The notes below the pieces were generated by a model. It ran no database searches and had not been told where the DNA came from. It was given only the letters and a program-made list of their open reading frames with translations. A DNA stretch of 64,000 nt from Chthoniobacteraceae bacterium (GTDB lineage Bacteria > Verrucomicrobiota > Verrucomicrobiia > Chthoniobacterales > Chthoniobacteraceae). Both the position numbers and the translations under genes were made by a program. This document shows, one piece after another, positions 37,491 to 47,484 of this stretch. Where the stretch lies: contig JANNXQ010000055.1 of the NCBI GenBank assembly GCA_031409655.1, positions 10,591 through 74,590 of the forward strand, written 5' to 3'. Every line of letters begins with the position of its first letter. The stretch's first letter is position 1.

Positions 37491-38276
37491 TCAATTCTTC
37501 GACTTTAAGATGGGTCGAACTTCCGCATCCGGAAGCGACCGCCAAGTGAGCGGGCCGGAGTCCCCTCGCTCCAGGACCGCGGCTTCGATGGCGGCATTGG
37601 CCAGTTGTTCGTCCCGATGCCGAACGATATCGGCATGGGGCGGGAGATCTTTCGGCGCGTCGTCATCAAGGCTCCAGTGCCCGATGGACCACGCGTCCGC
37701 GGCAACGAGAAGAGCATCATCGAGGTTCGCGTGGACGTGCTTTTTCCCGCGGAGATACTCCTCCATCCGGGTGGTCGAGGCGGTCGTGCCCGAGATGACG
37801 CCGAATTCCTCGAAGGCCTGACCGAAGGCGCCTCCGTTCGTGTGCATCGAGCCGTCGTATTCGAGCCGGAGATAGAGATTCGGGGCGCCCTGGCGTCCGA
37901 GTTCGGCGAAGAGCAGGCGGGACAAATAAGGCGGACCGTAGATCTGCTCGAAGGCGGCCTTGAGCGCCGGACTCAGCGAATAGGTGGCAAGCCGCCGCAG
38001 GGAAACATCATGCGCGGAGCGGGCGAAACCTTCCGTGCTGGCGAGTTCGATGGCGGTCATGCGCAGACGTTCGATGTCGCCCGGATGCCCGATGGCGCCC
38101 ATCGCGATGCGGTCGTAGATCTCGAAAATCTTCTGCCGCTCGCGGCTCATGGTGAAGAGCAGGATGCCATCGCGATACGTGAGGGCGGCGATCGGGCTGC
38201 CGCCGGAGAGCTGATTTTCGACATACTCGCGCCGGTTCGCGATGGCTTCGACCCAACGATATGGCTCTTCGATCAT
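37491..38276 (-). CDS. prcA: 20S proteasome alpha subunit
   Basis: From ATG 38276: MIEEPYRW...RREYVENQLSGGSP...QKIFEIYDRIAMGAIG; directly follows the beta subunit. Confidence 0.88.
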   Translation of the reverse strand: MIEEPYRWVEAIANRREYVENQLSGGSPIAALTYRDGILLFTMSRERQKIFEIYDRIAMGAIGHPGDIERLRMTAIELASTEGFARSAHDVSLRRLATYSLSPALKAAFEQIYGPPYLSRLLFAELGRQGAPNLYLRLEYDGSMHTNGGAFGQAFEEFGVISGTTASTTRMEEYLRGKKHVHANLDDALLVAADAWSIGHWSLDDDAPKDLPPHADIVRHRDEQLANAAIEAAVLERGDSGPLTWRSLPDAEVRPILKSKN

Positions 38277-38301
38277 GGAGTGTGGCTGGAGGGGTGGCGC
38301 A

Positions 38302-39117
38302 TTATGCGAGCTTCGCCTTGAAGATCTTCGCCATGCGCGCTTCGGGCAGCGTTTCGATACCGGCGCCGGAGACGATCTTGATGATCGGGAACACATCCGC
38401 ACGTCGATCGACACCGCCGGTAGCCGTGTCACTCGACGCCGCAGTCTCCAGCGCCCGCAAGGCGAGCAGCACGGCCTCCGCCGAGCGGAGCTTGCGCAGC
38501 GGTCGCTTGCCCCAGGTATTTTCGTAATGCAAGACGCTGCGCACGGCGGGGGAACCCGAACCCGTCGCCGCGTAATCCGCCGCTTCGAACTGCGCACCCA
38601 TCGCGTCGTAAAAGTACAGTCGCGCCGCTTCCGCTTCATGATCGTAGGTCGCGAAGAGCGGCACGACGACGCCGATGCCTTGCAGCACCGCGCCGAGATT
38701 ATCGCGGAGCAGTTTCGAAAGCGCGCGCACCTTGCCATCCATGCTCATCTCCTGGAGCTGGCTGCGGCGGTAAAATTGAAATGAATGCTCGAGCACGCGC
38801 GCCATCTCCCAAGCGGTCGCGGGAACGCCAGCGATGGCCATCAATGAGTGGCGGTCGATCTCGAGCACTTTATCCGCGCGATCATAGACGAGCGTATTTC
38901 CCGCGGTGGCCCGTCGATCGCCAGCGACGAGCACGCCGTCGGCAAACTTGAAAGCCAGGATCGTCGTGCCGTGGGTGGGCACGAAGCCGGGCGCATTCGC
39001 GGCATACAGAGAAGGCGCCGGTGCGGCGGGTGGAATGGCCCCGTGTCTTTTCAGCACTGCCACGAAATCCTCTACCGGAGCCGCTCCCGCGGGCTGCCGG
39101 TCACTCTGGCCGATCAT
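38302..39117 (-). CDS. prcB: 20S proteasome beta subunit with 50-aa propeptide
   Basis: PTHG|TTILAFKFADGVLVAGDRRATAGN (catalytic Thr1, Asp17), DKV (Lys33), ATGSGS, DTATGG. Confidence 0.93.
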   Translation of the reverse strand: MIGQSDRQPAGAAPVEDFVAVLKRHGAIPPAAPAPSLYAANAPGFVPTHGTTILAFKFADGVLVAGDRRATAGNTLVYDRADKVLEIDRHSLMAIAGVPATAWEMARVLEHSFQFYRRSQLQEMSMDGKVRALSKLLRDNLGAVLQGIGVVVPLFATYDHEAEAARLYFYDAMGAQFEAADYAATGSGSPAVRSVLHYENTWGKRPLRKLRSAEAVLLALRALETAASSDTATGGVDRRADVFPIIKIVSGAGIETLPEARMAKIFKAKLA

Positions 39118-39290
39118 TCGCCGGTGCGCTGCCGGTAGCGCTTGGACTGATTCGGATCCACCCGGCGCATGCGCTGGAGGAGATCCTTGGTGTCGGGCTT
39201 GTTTACGTCGGGGGCTTTTGGCCCACCGCCGTCACCTTGTTGCGGTCCCCACGGTGCGGGGCTCGGCGGTTTTTGCGTCCGATCAGGCAT
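39114..39290 (-). CDS. ubact: UBact, prokaryotic ubiquitin-like protein (Pup analogue)
   Basis: 58 aa, Pro/Gly-rich N-term, C-term LLQRMRRVDPNQSKRYRQRTGE matching the R[ST]G[EQ] end of UBact; ATGA overlap with prcB. Confidence 0.9.
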   Translation of the reverse strand: MPDRTQKPPSPAPWGPQQGDGGGPKAPDVNKPDTKDLLQRMRRVDPNQSKRYRQRTGE

Positions 39291-39296
39291 GCGCAA

Positions 39297-39324
39297 AGTG
39301 TACGAACCGCGCGGAAAAACGCAA
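39297..39324 (-). promoter_or_regulatory. Putative sigma70 promoter giving a leaderless UBact transcript
   Basis: Minus strand TTGCGT-N16-TACACT, then 6 nt, then the ATG at 39290. Confidence 0.45.
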
Positions 39325-39390
39325 CTGAGCAAACGTAATCAGTGCCGAAGAAAATTCCGCGCCTGTGGCTCTTGCCAGCGCGGAAGGAAA

Positions 39391-39873
39391 ATGACAAAGG
39401 AGGGAATGATTCGAAACCTTGCACTTTTCTCCGTCGGCGCTGCGCTCGTCTGCGCCGTGCCGGGCGCGAAGGCTGACGAAAAGCAGATGATCGAGGAGTT
39501 GCGCGAAGTGCGGGCGCTCGTCGAGCAACAGGCGAAACAAATCGATGCACTGACGACGCAAGTCTCGCGGCTGAATCAATTGATCGCCGAAAAAGTGGTC
39601 GCCGCTTCGGCACCCGAAGTTCCAGTGGCGGCAAAAAGCGCGGACCCTTTTGCCAATGCGCCGAAGGCCGAAGCGGCTCCGGAGGCTCCACGACACATCG
39701 TCGTGAAGGGCGAGACATTGACCTCCATCGCAAAGCACTACAACGTAACGCTGGCCGAGTTGATGAAAGCGAACACGGCGCTCAATCCCGCCAAACTCCA
39801 AATCGGCCAGAGCGTCACGATCCCAAGTCTCAAGGCCCCCGAACAACCCGCGGAAAAAAAAGAAACCCCCTAA
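39391..39873 (+). CDS. Secreted coiled-coil + LysM protein
   Basis: Signal peptide, coiled-coil, HIVVKGETLTSIAKHYNVTLAELMKAN...LQIGQSVTIP; alternative start 39406. Confidence 0.88.
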   Translation: MTKEGMIRNLALFSVGAALVCAVPGAKADEKQMIEELREVRALVEQQAKQIDALTTQVSRLNQLIAEKVVAASAPEVPVAAKSADPFANAPKAEAAPEAPRHIVVKGETLTSIAKHYNVTLAELMKANTALNPAKLQIGQSVTIPSLKAPEQPAEKKETP

Positions 39874-40392
39874 ATGGACGACACCGATAAATGGTTCCTG
39901 CTGAAAAACGACGACGGCGCGCTCTTTGGCCCGATCACGTTTGAACAATTGCGTGAGTGGGCGATGGACGCCCAGGTCTCACCGCTGGACAAAATCTCCC
40001 GGGACGAGCGGAACTGGGTGAAGGCGCCGATGGTCCCGGAACTCGCGATGGACTATCTCGTCGAGGTCAGCCCGGATCAATTTTACGGCCCGACGACGAT
40101 CGGCGCGGTGCGGGAGTTTCTGATGGTCGGCGAGATCAATCAGGACACGCCGGTGACCAATTGCCGGGATGGTGCGGTGATGCGCGTGCGCGACATTCCC
40201 GAGCTCGAGATCGCCGAGGCGCAGAACGAATCGCGGCCCGTGCGCACGAGCATCCGCGTGAATCTTCAGCAGCGCATTCGCGATCTGGAGGAGGCGCTCA
40301 TGGAGGAGCGCCGCGCCCGCGAACAGGCCGAGCATCTTCTCGAAAAGCTGGAAGCCAAGCTCGCGGATATCACTCGCGCGGCTTCGCTTTAA
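39874..40392 (+). CDS. Hypothetical protein with two GYF_2/DUF4339-like repeats and a C-terminal coiled-coil
   Basis: WFL...LFGPITFEQLREWA and YLV...FYGPTTIGAVREF repeats; LQQRIRDLEEAL coiled-coil. Confidence 0.6.
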   Translation: MDDTDKWFLLKNDDGALFGPITFEQLREWAMDAQVSPLDKISRDERNWVKAPMVPELAMDYLVEVSPDQFYGPTTIGAVREFLMVGEINQDTPVTNCRDGAVMRVRDIPELEIAEAQNESRPVRTSIRVNLQQRIRDLEEALMEERRAREQAEHLLEKLEAKLADITRAASL

Positions 40393-41473
40393 GGTCTCGC
40401 TCCGCGCCTTTCAGCACGGCGTCGATCCACCGATACGCCTCCTCGCGGATTTCCTCCGGGAAATCGTGTGGGCAATCTGGATGGACGACGCGCAAGCGAT
40501 CCGCCGCGTTGTGCAGCGCGAAGATGGGCGTCGCCGCTTTTGCGATGCGATCGACGCTCTGCCACTTGAAGTTCGCGTCGCCGAGCGGGGCGCTGAGGAA
40601 GACGTGACGAGGTGCGAGTGCGCCGATCATTTCCTGAAAATCGAAGGGAACATCGGCCGCGCGCCCGAGGTAAGCGGTGAGTCGCGGCATGTAGCGATCC
40701 TGCGTCCAGCCTTTGATATTTCCGTCATAGTAATCGACGAAGGAATCGAGCCCGCAGCTTGAGACCACGACTTTGAGGCGCTCGTCGAAGACGGCCGTGA
40801 AGACCGAATTGTGCCCGCCGAGCGAATGACCGATCGCGCCGAAGGCTCCTCCGCGGACAAAGGGCAGCGACTCCAGCAGATCGAGGCCGCGCACGTTATC
40901 CCAGATCGCCTTCATCGTGCCGCTGGCGTAGCCGAGTTCGGCGAGGTCTGGTTGGTAATCGGCGAGGTGCGGGTAGGCCGGGGCGAGCGCCACGTACCCG
41001 CGCTGCGCGAGTTCGTAGGCATAGGCGCGATTCGCGGCCGCGCCGGGTTCGACCACCGTCCGGTTGCCGATCACGTTGTTCGTCCCGTGCAGGCAGAGCA
41101 CGGCGGGAAATTTAGCCGTGCCGTTGAGCGCGGCCTTCGGGATGAGGAGCCAGGCCTGCGCGCGTCCGCCCGGTTCGCTCGCGTAGGTGATTCGGCGGCG
41201 AACGTGATCGCCGGCGTCGATCTCTTCCACGACCTGCATGTCGAGCGGGCAGCGCTTTTCCGCACCGGGCAGCGGCCCCATGATTTCCTGCATCGCCCGC
41301 AGCACTTCGGCGCGCCGCTGGCGCCAGTCTTCGAGCGTCGTCCCGCGCTGCCCCGCTCCGCTGGAATCGCGGAAGAGGAGGAGGTCATCCCGGTCGAGGC
41401 GTGGAGCATCCGCGGCATGAAGGCAGACGGTGAACACACTGCAAACGAATCCGGAGAGGCGCGGAATTTTCAT
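40370..41473 (-). CDS. Secreted alpha/beta hydrolase (dienelactone hydrolase-like)
   Basis: PAVLCLHG, nucleophile GHSLGG, GDANF, HDFP. Confidence 0.85.
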   Translation of the reverse strand: MKIPRLSGFVCSVFTVCLHAADAPRLDRDDLLLFRDSSGAGQRGTTLEDWRQRRAEVLRAMQEIMGPLPGAEKRCPLDMQVVEEIDAGDHVRRRITYASEPGGRAQAWLLIPKAALNGTAKFPAVLCLHGTNNVIGNRTVVEPGAAANRAYAYELAQRGYVALAPAYPHLADYQPDLAELGYASGTMKAIWDNVRGLDLLESLPFVRGGAFGAIGHSLGGHNSVFTAVFDERLKVVVSSCGLDSFVDYYDGNIKGWTQDRYMPRLTAYLGRAADVPFDFQEMIGALAPRHVFLSAPLGDANFKWQSVDRIAKAATPIFALHNAADRLRVVHPDCPHDFPEEIREEAYRWIDAVLKGAERDLKAKPRE

Positions 41474-41571
41474 GGCAAAAGGGGGAGCCGCGAGACTCGC
41501 CAGCGCCAGGCATACGAACAAGTTCACAGTTCCGCTCGACGCTCACCGCGAGGCAGCGGACGATAGCCGCC

Positions 41572-43380
41572 TTGGCCCTCATCCCACCAGAAACGCTCGA
41601 ACAAATCGCCGCCGCGAATGACATCGCGGAGGTGATCGGCGGCTACATTCAGCTCAAGCGCGCGGGTGCGACGTTCAAGGCGCTCTGCCCGTTTCACGTG
41701 GAGCGTTCGCCGTCCTTCACGGTGAATCCGCAGCGGCAGATTTTTAAGTGCTTCGGCTGCGGCGCGGGCGGGAGCGTTTTCAAATTTGTGGAGCTCTACG
41801 AGAGCCTCAGCTTCCCTGATGCGGCGCGGAAACTCGCGGAACGCGCGGGTATCAAAATCGTCGAGGCGGAGATGAGCGCGGAGGACCAGGCGCGCTTCGG
41901 TATGAGGCGCCGACTGCTCGCCCTGCACCTCGATGTCGCGGAGTATTTCCATCGCAATCTGATGAAGCTGCCGTCCGCGCAGATCGGGCGCGATTACCTG
42001 AAAAAGCGCGGCATTTCCGGCGACGTGGCGAAGGAGTGGAAGCTCGGCTACGCGCCGGACGAGTGGGATGCGATGGCCAGCTTTGCGCACGAACGCGGAT
42101 ATACCGAAGCGGAGTTGATCGAGAGCGGGCTGGTGAAATTGCGTGATGAGGAACAGCCGCACGGGGAATACTACGACCGGTTCCGCGGGCGCGTGATGTT
42201 TCCCATCTGCAACGATTCCGGCGAGGTCATCGGCTTCAGCGGGCGCGTCCTCGAAGCTGACGCGAAGGGCGCGAAGTACATCAACTCGCCCGAGACGATG
42301 CTCTTCACGAAAGGCAAAGTGCTCTTCGGCCTGCACAAATCGAAGCGCGCGCTGATCGACAAAAGCTCGGCGATCGTCTGCGAGGGCCAACTCGATTTGA
42401 TCACGGCCTACGAAGCGGGGATCAAAAATGTGGTCGCCCCACAGGGCACCGCCTTCACCGAGATGCAGGCGCGCAAACTCAAGCAGTACTGCGAAGAAGT
42501 CGTGCTCTGCTTTGACTCCGATGCGGCCGGACAAAAGGCTGCCGAGCGGTCGCTCACCGCGCTGCTCGCGTCGAACCTCGCCGTCCGCGTTGCCACGATG
42601 CCACCGGGCGAAGACCCCGACTCGCTCATCCGCAGCCAGGGAGGCGAGGCCTTTTCCGCGCGGATCACCGCAGCGAAAGACTACTTCGACTTTCAAATCG
42701 ACGCGATGGCGGAGCACCCGGACTTTGCGAGTTCCCGCGGGAAGATGCAGGCCGCCCGCAAAATGGCCGCGTCGATCAGCCTCATTGCCGACGCGGTGTT
42801 GCGGGAGACGGTGATGAATAAGGTGACCATGCGGCTGGAGGTCTCGACCGCGGAATTCGTCAAGATGCTCAAGCAACCCACCGTGGCTGCGTCCCACGAT
42901 TCACCCGACGAGCAAACGATCACCGAGCCGATCGTCCTTGATCCCACGATGCGCCTGCTCGCCCTCGTCGCCTTGCACAATGAAGATGCCCGCGCCTGGC
43001 TGCTCGAGGAGCACTGGCGTGAGAGCCTCGAGCAGGAACCCGGCGCCGACCTCGTCGCCAAGATTCTCGATTTTCCGCTCCGCGTGGGGGACCCGCCCTC
43101 CGCTGGCACCTTGCTCTCCAGCCTCGATACGGCCGGCGAGGCAGCCGTTGCGGGGCTGCTCAATGACCCGCCGCCAGAGCACGCGATGGCCGTCACCCAC
43201 GACTGCTGGCGCGAACTAGAGCGCCGGAAAATCCGCCGCCGGATCGATGCGCTCAAAGCACGGCAACGCGCTCAAAATCTGGACTTTGAGACAGTCGCGA
43301 AATTGCACGAAGAAATCCTTGATTTGCAAAAACGACTCTCCGATATTGCGCGGCCTTTGTCCCCGCCCCTTTCGACGTAG
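41572..43380 (+). CDS. dnaG: DNA primase
   Basis: [11 protein letters not shown]...CFGC Zn finger, [36 protein letters not shown]. Confidence 0.97.
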   Translation: MALIPPETLEQIAAANDIAEVIGGYIQLKRAGATFKALCPFHVERSPSFTVNPQRQIFKCFGCGAGGSVFKFVELYESLSFPDAARKLAERAGIKIVEAEMSAEDQARFGMRRRLLALHLDVAEYFHRNLMKLPSAQIGRDYLKKRGISGDVAKEWKLGYAPDEWDAMASFAHERGYTEAELIESGLVKLRDEEQPHGEYYDRFRGRVMFPICNDSGEVIGFSGRVLEADAKGAKYINSPETMLFTKGKVLFGLHKSKRALIDKSSAIVCEGQLDLITAYEAGIKNVVAPQGTAFTEMQARKLKQYCEEVVLCFDSDAAGQKAAERSLTALLASNLAVRVATMPPGEDPDSLIRSQGGEAFSARITAAKDYFDFQIDAMAEHPDFASSRGKMQAARKMAASISLIADAVLRETVMNKVTMRLEVSTAEFVKMLKQPTVAASHDSPDEQTITEPIVLDPTMRLLALVALHNEDARAWLLEEHWRESLEQEPGADLVAKILDFPLRVGDPPSAGTLLSSLDTAGEAAVAGLLNDPPPEHAMAVTHDCWRELERRKIRRRIDALKARQRAQNLDFETVAKLHEEILDLQKRLSDIARPLSPPLST

Positions 43381-43427
43381 CCTATGTTTTGAGAGGCGGG
43401 GTTAGTTATCTTCTCCACTCCTCGGGT

Positions 43428-45317
43428 ATGCCTAAGACCGTCAAAAAAGCCTCATCAAAAATCGTCAAGTCACCCAGCAAGAAAACCCAACCGAGCGCTA
43501 AAAAGAGCCCCCCAAAGGAACATCGAAAGGCAAAACCTGTGGCCATAAAAAAGGCCACCAAGGAGAAGGCACCGACGAAAGCCGAGCAGGTGGTGCAGGC
43601 CAAGAACGGCAAGGCGGCGAAAGGCGGAATCCCGGCAAAGTTGGGCAAAGTAATCGCCCCAGCGGCAACAACCATCAGCGTGATCGATCAGCCTGATGTG
43701 CAGGAGAAATTGCGCGAACTGATCAAGCTCGCCAAGGAGCAGGGCTACCTCACCTACGACGACCTGAACGAGGCGCTCCCAGATAACGTCAATGATCCCG
43801 ACGAGATGGAGACGATCATGAGTCGGCTCCGGACCATGGAGATCGAGATCATCGACGCGTCGGACGTGGATCGTTTTAAGGACGGCAAGAAGGTCGAAGA
43901 CGCTGAGGAAGAAGAAGAGAAGCCCGAGGCCAAACTGGACATCCTCGATGACCCGGTGCGGATGTATCTGAAGCAGATGGGCCAGGTGCCTTTGCTGACT
44001 CGCGAGCAGGAAGTGGAAATTTCCAAACGCATCGAGGAGGCGGAACTCAATGTGCAGAAGCATATCAACCGTTTTGGTTTCATTGCCCGCGCTTATCTCG
44101 ATCTTGCTCAAAAGCTGACGGAAGGCCGCGAGCGTTTCGACCGCGTGATCCTCGATAAGAAAATCGAAAGCCGCGAGCGCTACATGAAACTCCTGCCGAA
44201 GCAAATGAACCAGCTTCAGCACGCCTCGGAGAATTGCAGCACTACTTTCCGCAATTACATTGCCCACGGCGGCAAGAATCACGACACGAAGTCGTATCAG
44301 GACTTTGAGAAAGCCCACGCGGCGATCCAGCGGCAGTATCCGAAGTTTTTCTTCAAGCAGAAGGTCACGGAGGAATTCGTACACCTCGCGGACGAAGCCC
44401 ACCGGCAACTGGTGCTCTGGCAGAACGAACTGGCCAAGCCCAAGACGAAGCAGACTCGCGTGCATGGCCACCAGCCGATCGACTACGCCGCGAAGATCAA
44501 GGATCAGACCCTGCGGATGTGGATGAGCCCGGAGGAATTCCTCGCCGAGTACCAGGAGCTAAAGCTTTGGCTGAAGAAGGCGCTGAAGGCCAAGACCGAG
44601 ATGGTCGAGGCGAATCTGCGCCTCGTCATTTCCATCGCGAAAAAGTACACGAACCGCGGCCTTTCCTTCCTCGATCTCATTCAGGAAGGCAACATGGGCC
44701 TGATGAAGGCGGTCGAGAAATTCGAGTACCGCCGCGGTTACAAATTCTCCACCTACGCCACTTGGTGGATTCGACAGGCGATCACCCGTTCCATTGCCGA
44801 CCAGGCGCGCACGATCCGCATCCCGGTGCATATGATCGAGACGATCAATAAGTTGATGCGCGTGCAGAAGCAGCTCGTGCAGGATTACGGTCGCGAACCC
44901 ACCCCCGAGGAAGTCGCCGACGAAATCCAACTCCCCGTGGAGCGGGTGCGGGCGGTGCTCAAGATGGCGCAGCAGCCGATCTCGCTCCAGTCGCCAGTCG
45001 GCGAAAGCGACGACACCAGCTTCGGCGATTTCATCCCCGACACCACGGCGGAAGACCCGAGCGACGTCACGGCGATCATGTTGCTCAAGGAGAAGATCCG
45101 CGATGTGCTCGACACCCTCACCGAGCGTGAGCGGCAAGTCCTGGAGCAGCGTTTCGGCCTCGTGGATGGCTACAGCCGCACTCTGGAGGAAGTGGGTCGC
45201 CAGTTCCGGGTCACGCGTGAGCGCATCCGGCAGATCGAGGCCAAGGCGCTCCGGAAGATGCGTCACCCGACGAGGATCCGGCAACTCGAAGGATTCCTCG
45301 AAGCTCAGCAGGCATAA
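43428..45317 (+). CDS. rpoD: Primary RNA polymerase sigma factor with Lys-rich N-terminal extension
   Basis: [47 protein letters not shown]...[16 protein letters not shown]. Confidence 0.97.
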   Translation: MPKTVKKASSKIVKSPSKKTQPSAKKSPPKEHRKAKPVAIKKATKEKAPTKAEQVVQAKNGKAAKGGIPAKLGKVIAPAATTISVIDQPDVQEKLRELIKLAKEQGYLTYDDLNEALPDNVNDPDEMETIMSRLRTMEIEIIDASDVDRFKDGKKVEDAEEEEEKPEAKLDILDDPVRMYLKQMGQVPLLTREQEVEISKRIEEAELNVQKHINRFGFIARAYLDLAQKLTEGRERFDRVILDKKIESRERYMKLLPKQMNQLQHASENCSTTFRNYIAHGGKNHDTKSYQDFEKAHAAIQRQYPKFFFKQKVTEEFVHLADEAHRQLVLWQNELAKPKTKQTRVHGHQPIDYAAKIKDQTLRMWMSPEEFLAEYQELKLWLKKALKAKTEMVEANLRLVISIAKKYTNRGLSFLDLIQEGNMGLMKAVEKFEYRRGYKFSTYATWWIRQAITRSIADQARTIRIPVHMIETINKLMRVQKQLVQDYGREPTPEEVADEIQLPVERVRAVLKMAQQPISLQSPVGESDDTSFGDFIPDTTAEDPSDVTAIMLLKEKIRDVLDTLTERERQVLEQRFGLVDGYSRTLEEVGRQFRVTRERIRQIEAKALRKMRHPTRIRQLEGFLEAQQA

Positions 45318-45350
45318 ATTGCCCGCAGTGGCGTTCAGGTAAAATGGTTC

Positions 45351-45375
45351 GCAACTTCGGTCTCCCACGTGCGTT
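45351..45375 (+). promoter_or_regulatory. Putative ECF-sigma promoter
   Basis: GCAAC-N16-CGTT ending 12 nt before the ATG at 45388. Confidence 0.4.
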
Positions 45376-45387
45376 CATCTCTGCGCG

Positions 45388-45735
45388 ATGAATCACGACG
45401 AAAAAGACGACCTCTGGGATCTCCTCGGCAAAGCGAAACCTGTTCAGGCATCCCCGTTTTTTTCGCGGAACGTCCTCCGGGCGATTCGCAGCCAGGAGCC
45501 CGAAAGGGCGGGCGTCGTCGCTTGGTTCCTTTCTCGGTGGAAACTCGTCGCGGCCGGCGCCGTTGCCTTCCTCGTCACCACTCTGGTCTTCCAGCCCCGC
45601 CCTGAATCCGTGGAATCTCTGGAGGTGCTCGCCTTGAGCGTCAGCGCCAGCCCGGACTACCATGTGATCAGCAACCTTGACGAACTGCTCGAATCGCAAG
45701 CGAGTTCCGTATGGCTCGATACCTCCGTTTACTAG
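45388..45735 (+). CDS. Single-TM hypothetical protein, anti-sigma-factor-like
   Basis: LWDLLGKAKPVQASPFFSRNVLRAIR, one TM helix, acidic tail ISNLDELLE. Confidence 0.55.
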   Translation: MNHDEKDDLWDLLGKAKPVQASPFFSRNVLRAIRSQEPERAGVVAWFLSRWKLVAAGAVAFLVTTLVFQPRPESVESLEVLALSVSASPDYHVISNLDELLESQASSVWLDTSVY

Positions 45736-46211
45736 GCGCGCTCTCCCTCGCGCTCCTTTTCTGCCCGTCCGCACTGGTCGCAGGCGAGCCTGGGCGGCCC
45801 GAAAAGCCTTGGCAGAATGGCAACCGTCCGTCTCCGGGCCCATTCGCGGGAGACAAATCTCCGCAGATGGAAAATGTGCGGAAGGCCCTCGAAGCCCTCG
45901 GCCCCGAACAACGTCGGCGGTTTGCCGAAAATCTCCTTCGCTGGTCCAATCTTTCGCCGGAGGAGAAAAAGGTGCTCCGCGAAGGCGAGGAGTTGCGGAA
46001 GAAGTACATGGAAGCCGAGATCAACGCGGCCATCGCAGAATCCGGCCTCCAGTTGGACGGTGAGCGGCGCGCTCAGTTTATTCGGCGTTTCGAGGAGGAG
46101 CGGAAAAAAATCGAAGAGCAACTCCGCAAGGAAACGATGGAGAAGCGCAAGCCAATGGTTCGCGAACTCATCGGGCGGATGAAGACGGAGTTTTCAACTC
46201 CGAATCCGTAA
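45711..46211 (+). CDS. Secreted helical protein, DUF3106/Spy-like
   Basis: Signal peptide; repeated LGPEQRRRF / WSNLSPEEKK / LDGERRAQF helices. Confidence 0.6.
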   Translation: MARYLRLLGALSLALLFCPSALVAGEPGRPEKPWQNGNRPSPGPFAGDKSPQMENVRKALEALGPEQRRRFAENLLRWSNLSPEEKKVLREGEELRKKYMEAEINAAIAESGLQLDGERRAQFIRRFEEERKKIEEQLRKETMEKRKPMVRELIGRMKTEFSTPNP

Positions 46212-46312
46212 GCCAGGCAGCCGCCCCCTCGCTCCGAGTTTCTTTTTTTGGCCAAGGGCGCCCCAACTCCTGGCCTTGGCGCTCCCGTGCTTTCCAGCGA
46301 CAGTCCTCTCCA

Positions 46313-47410
46313 ATGCCTGATCTCCGCCGGCCCATCCACTCCCTGACGCTCGCTGAAATCGAGGCGTGGCTCACGACCGCCGACCAGCCTCGCTACCGGG
46401 GCGGACAGCTCACCCAGTGGCTCTATGAAAAGCGCGCGCCATCCTTTGCCGCGATGACGAATCAACTCTCCGCCCTGCGCAAACGCCTGGCGGCCGAGTT
46501 CCTTTTCGATGAAATCGAACAAGTCCGGGTGCTCGGCTCCGCAGACACCACCCGCAAATATCTCTTCCGCCTCGCCGACGGCGCGCTCATCGAAAGCGTC
46601 CTCATCCCGGCCTCCCCTGCCCTCTATGGCGAGGCCAGCGACCGCCGCACGCTTTGCATCTCGACCCAGGTCGGCTGCGCCTACGGCTGCAAATTTTGCG
46701 CCAGCGGCCTCGACGGCTTCGCACGCAATCTCGGTCCGCAGGAGATCGTCGGGCAGTTCCTGCGCGTGGAAGAGCTGAGTGGCGAAAAGATCAACAACAT
46801 CGTCTTCATGGGCATGGGCGAGCCACTCGCGAATTTCGCGAACGTCATGAAGGCCATCAACATCATCAATGCCCCGTGGGGACTCGGACTCGGTGCCCGA
46901 CACATCACCATCTCCACGAGCGGTCTCGCGCCGCAGATCCGCCAACTCGCCGAACAGCCCTTGCAAGTCCGCCTCGCCGTCTCCCTGCACGGCGCGACCG
47001 ACGAAGTGCGCCAGCAGATCATGCCCGTGAATCGCAAGTACCCGCTCGCCGAATTGCTCGACGCCTGCGCTGCCTACACCCAGCGCAAAAAGCAGCGCCT
47101 CACTTTCGAATACATCCTCATCGAGAATGTGAACGATCGCCGCGAAGACGCCGCGGCCCTCGCCCGGCTCGTCCGGGAGGTGAATGCCAAGGTCAACTGC
47201 ATCCCCTACAACGTCGTCGATGGCCTCGACTGGAAACGCCCGAGCGAAGCGCGCCAGGACGACTTCATGGCCGTGCTTAACGCCGCGCGAGTTCCCGCCA
47301 CGATCCGCCGGGAAAAAGGCCACGACATCGCCGCCGCCTGCGGCCAACTCCGCCGCCAAACGATGCCCGCGACCCCCGAATCTCTGCCAGATCCAGCCCT
47401 GCCATCGTGA
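46313..47410 (+). CDS. rlmN: 23S rRNA m2A2503 / tRNA methyltransferase RlmN (radical SAM)
   Basis: CISTQVGCAYGCKFCASG, FMGMGEP, SLHG, EYIL, DIAAACGQL. Confidence 0.95.
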   Translation: MPDLRRPIHSLTLAEIEAWLTTADQPRYRGGQLTQWLYEKRAPSFAAMTNQLSALRKRLAAEFLFDEIEQVRVLGSADTTRKYLFRLADGALIESVLIPASPALYGEASDRRTLCISTQVGCAYGCKFCASGLDGFARNLGPQEIVGQFLRVEELSGEKINNIVFMGMGEPLANFANVMKAINIINAPWGLGLGARHITISTSGLAPQIRQLAEQPLQVRLAVSLHGATDEVRQQIMPVNRKYPLAELLDACAAYTQRKKQRLTFEYILIENVNDRREDAAALARLVREVNAKVNCIPYNVVDGLDWKRPSEARQDDFMAVLNAARVPATIRREKGHDIAAACGQLRRQTMPATPESLPDPALPS

Positions 47411-47484
47411 CCGGCGGCTGACGCCGACTGGATGCAGAGGCGTTGCCGTCACACTCTTTTTCCAAGCACCCAAACCACCAGCCC

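Noticed and set aside
38277..38738. 154-aa N-terminal extension of the proteasome alpha ORF
   Set aside because: Overlaps the beta gene in another frame; alpha similarity begins at ATG 38276.
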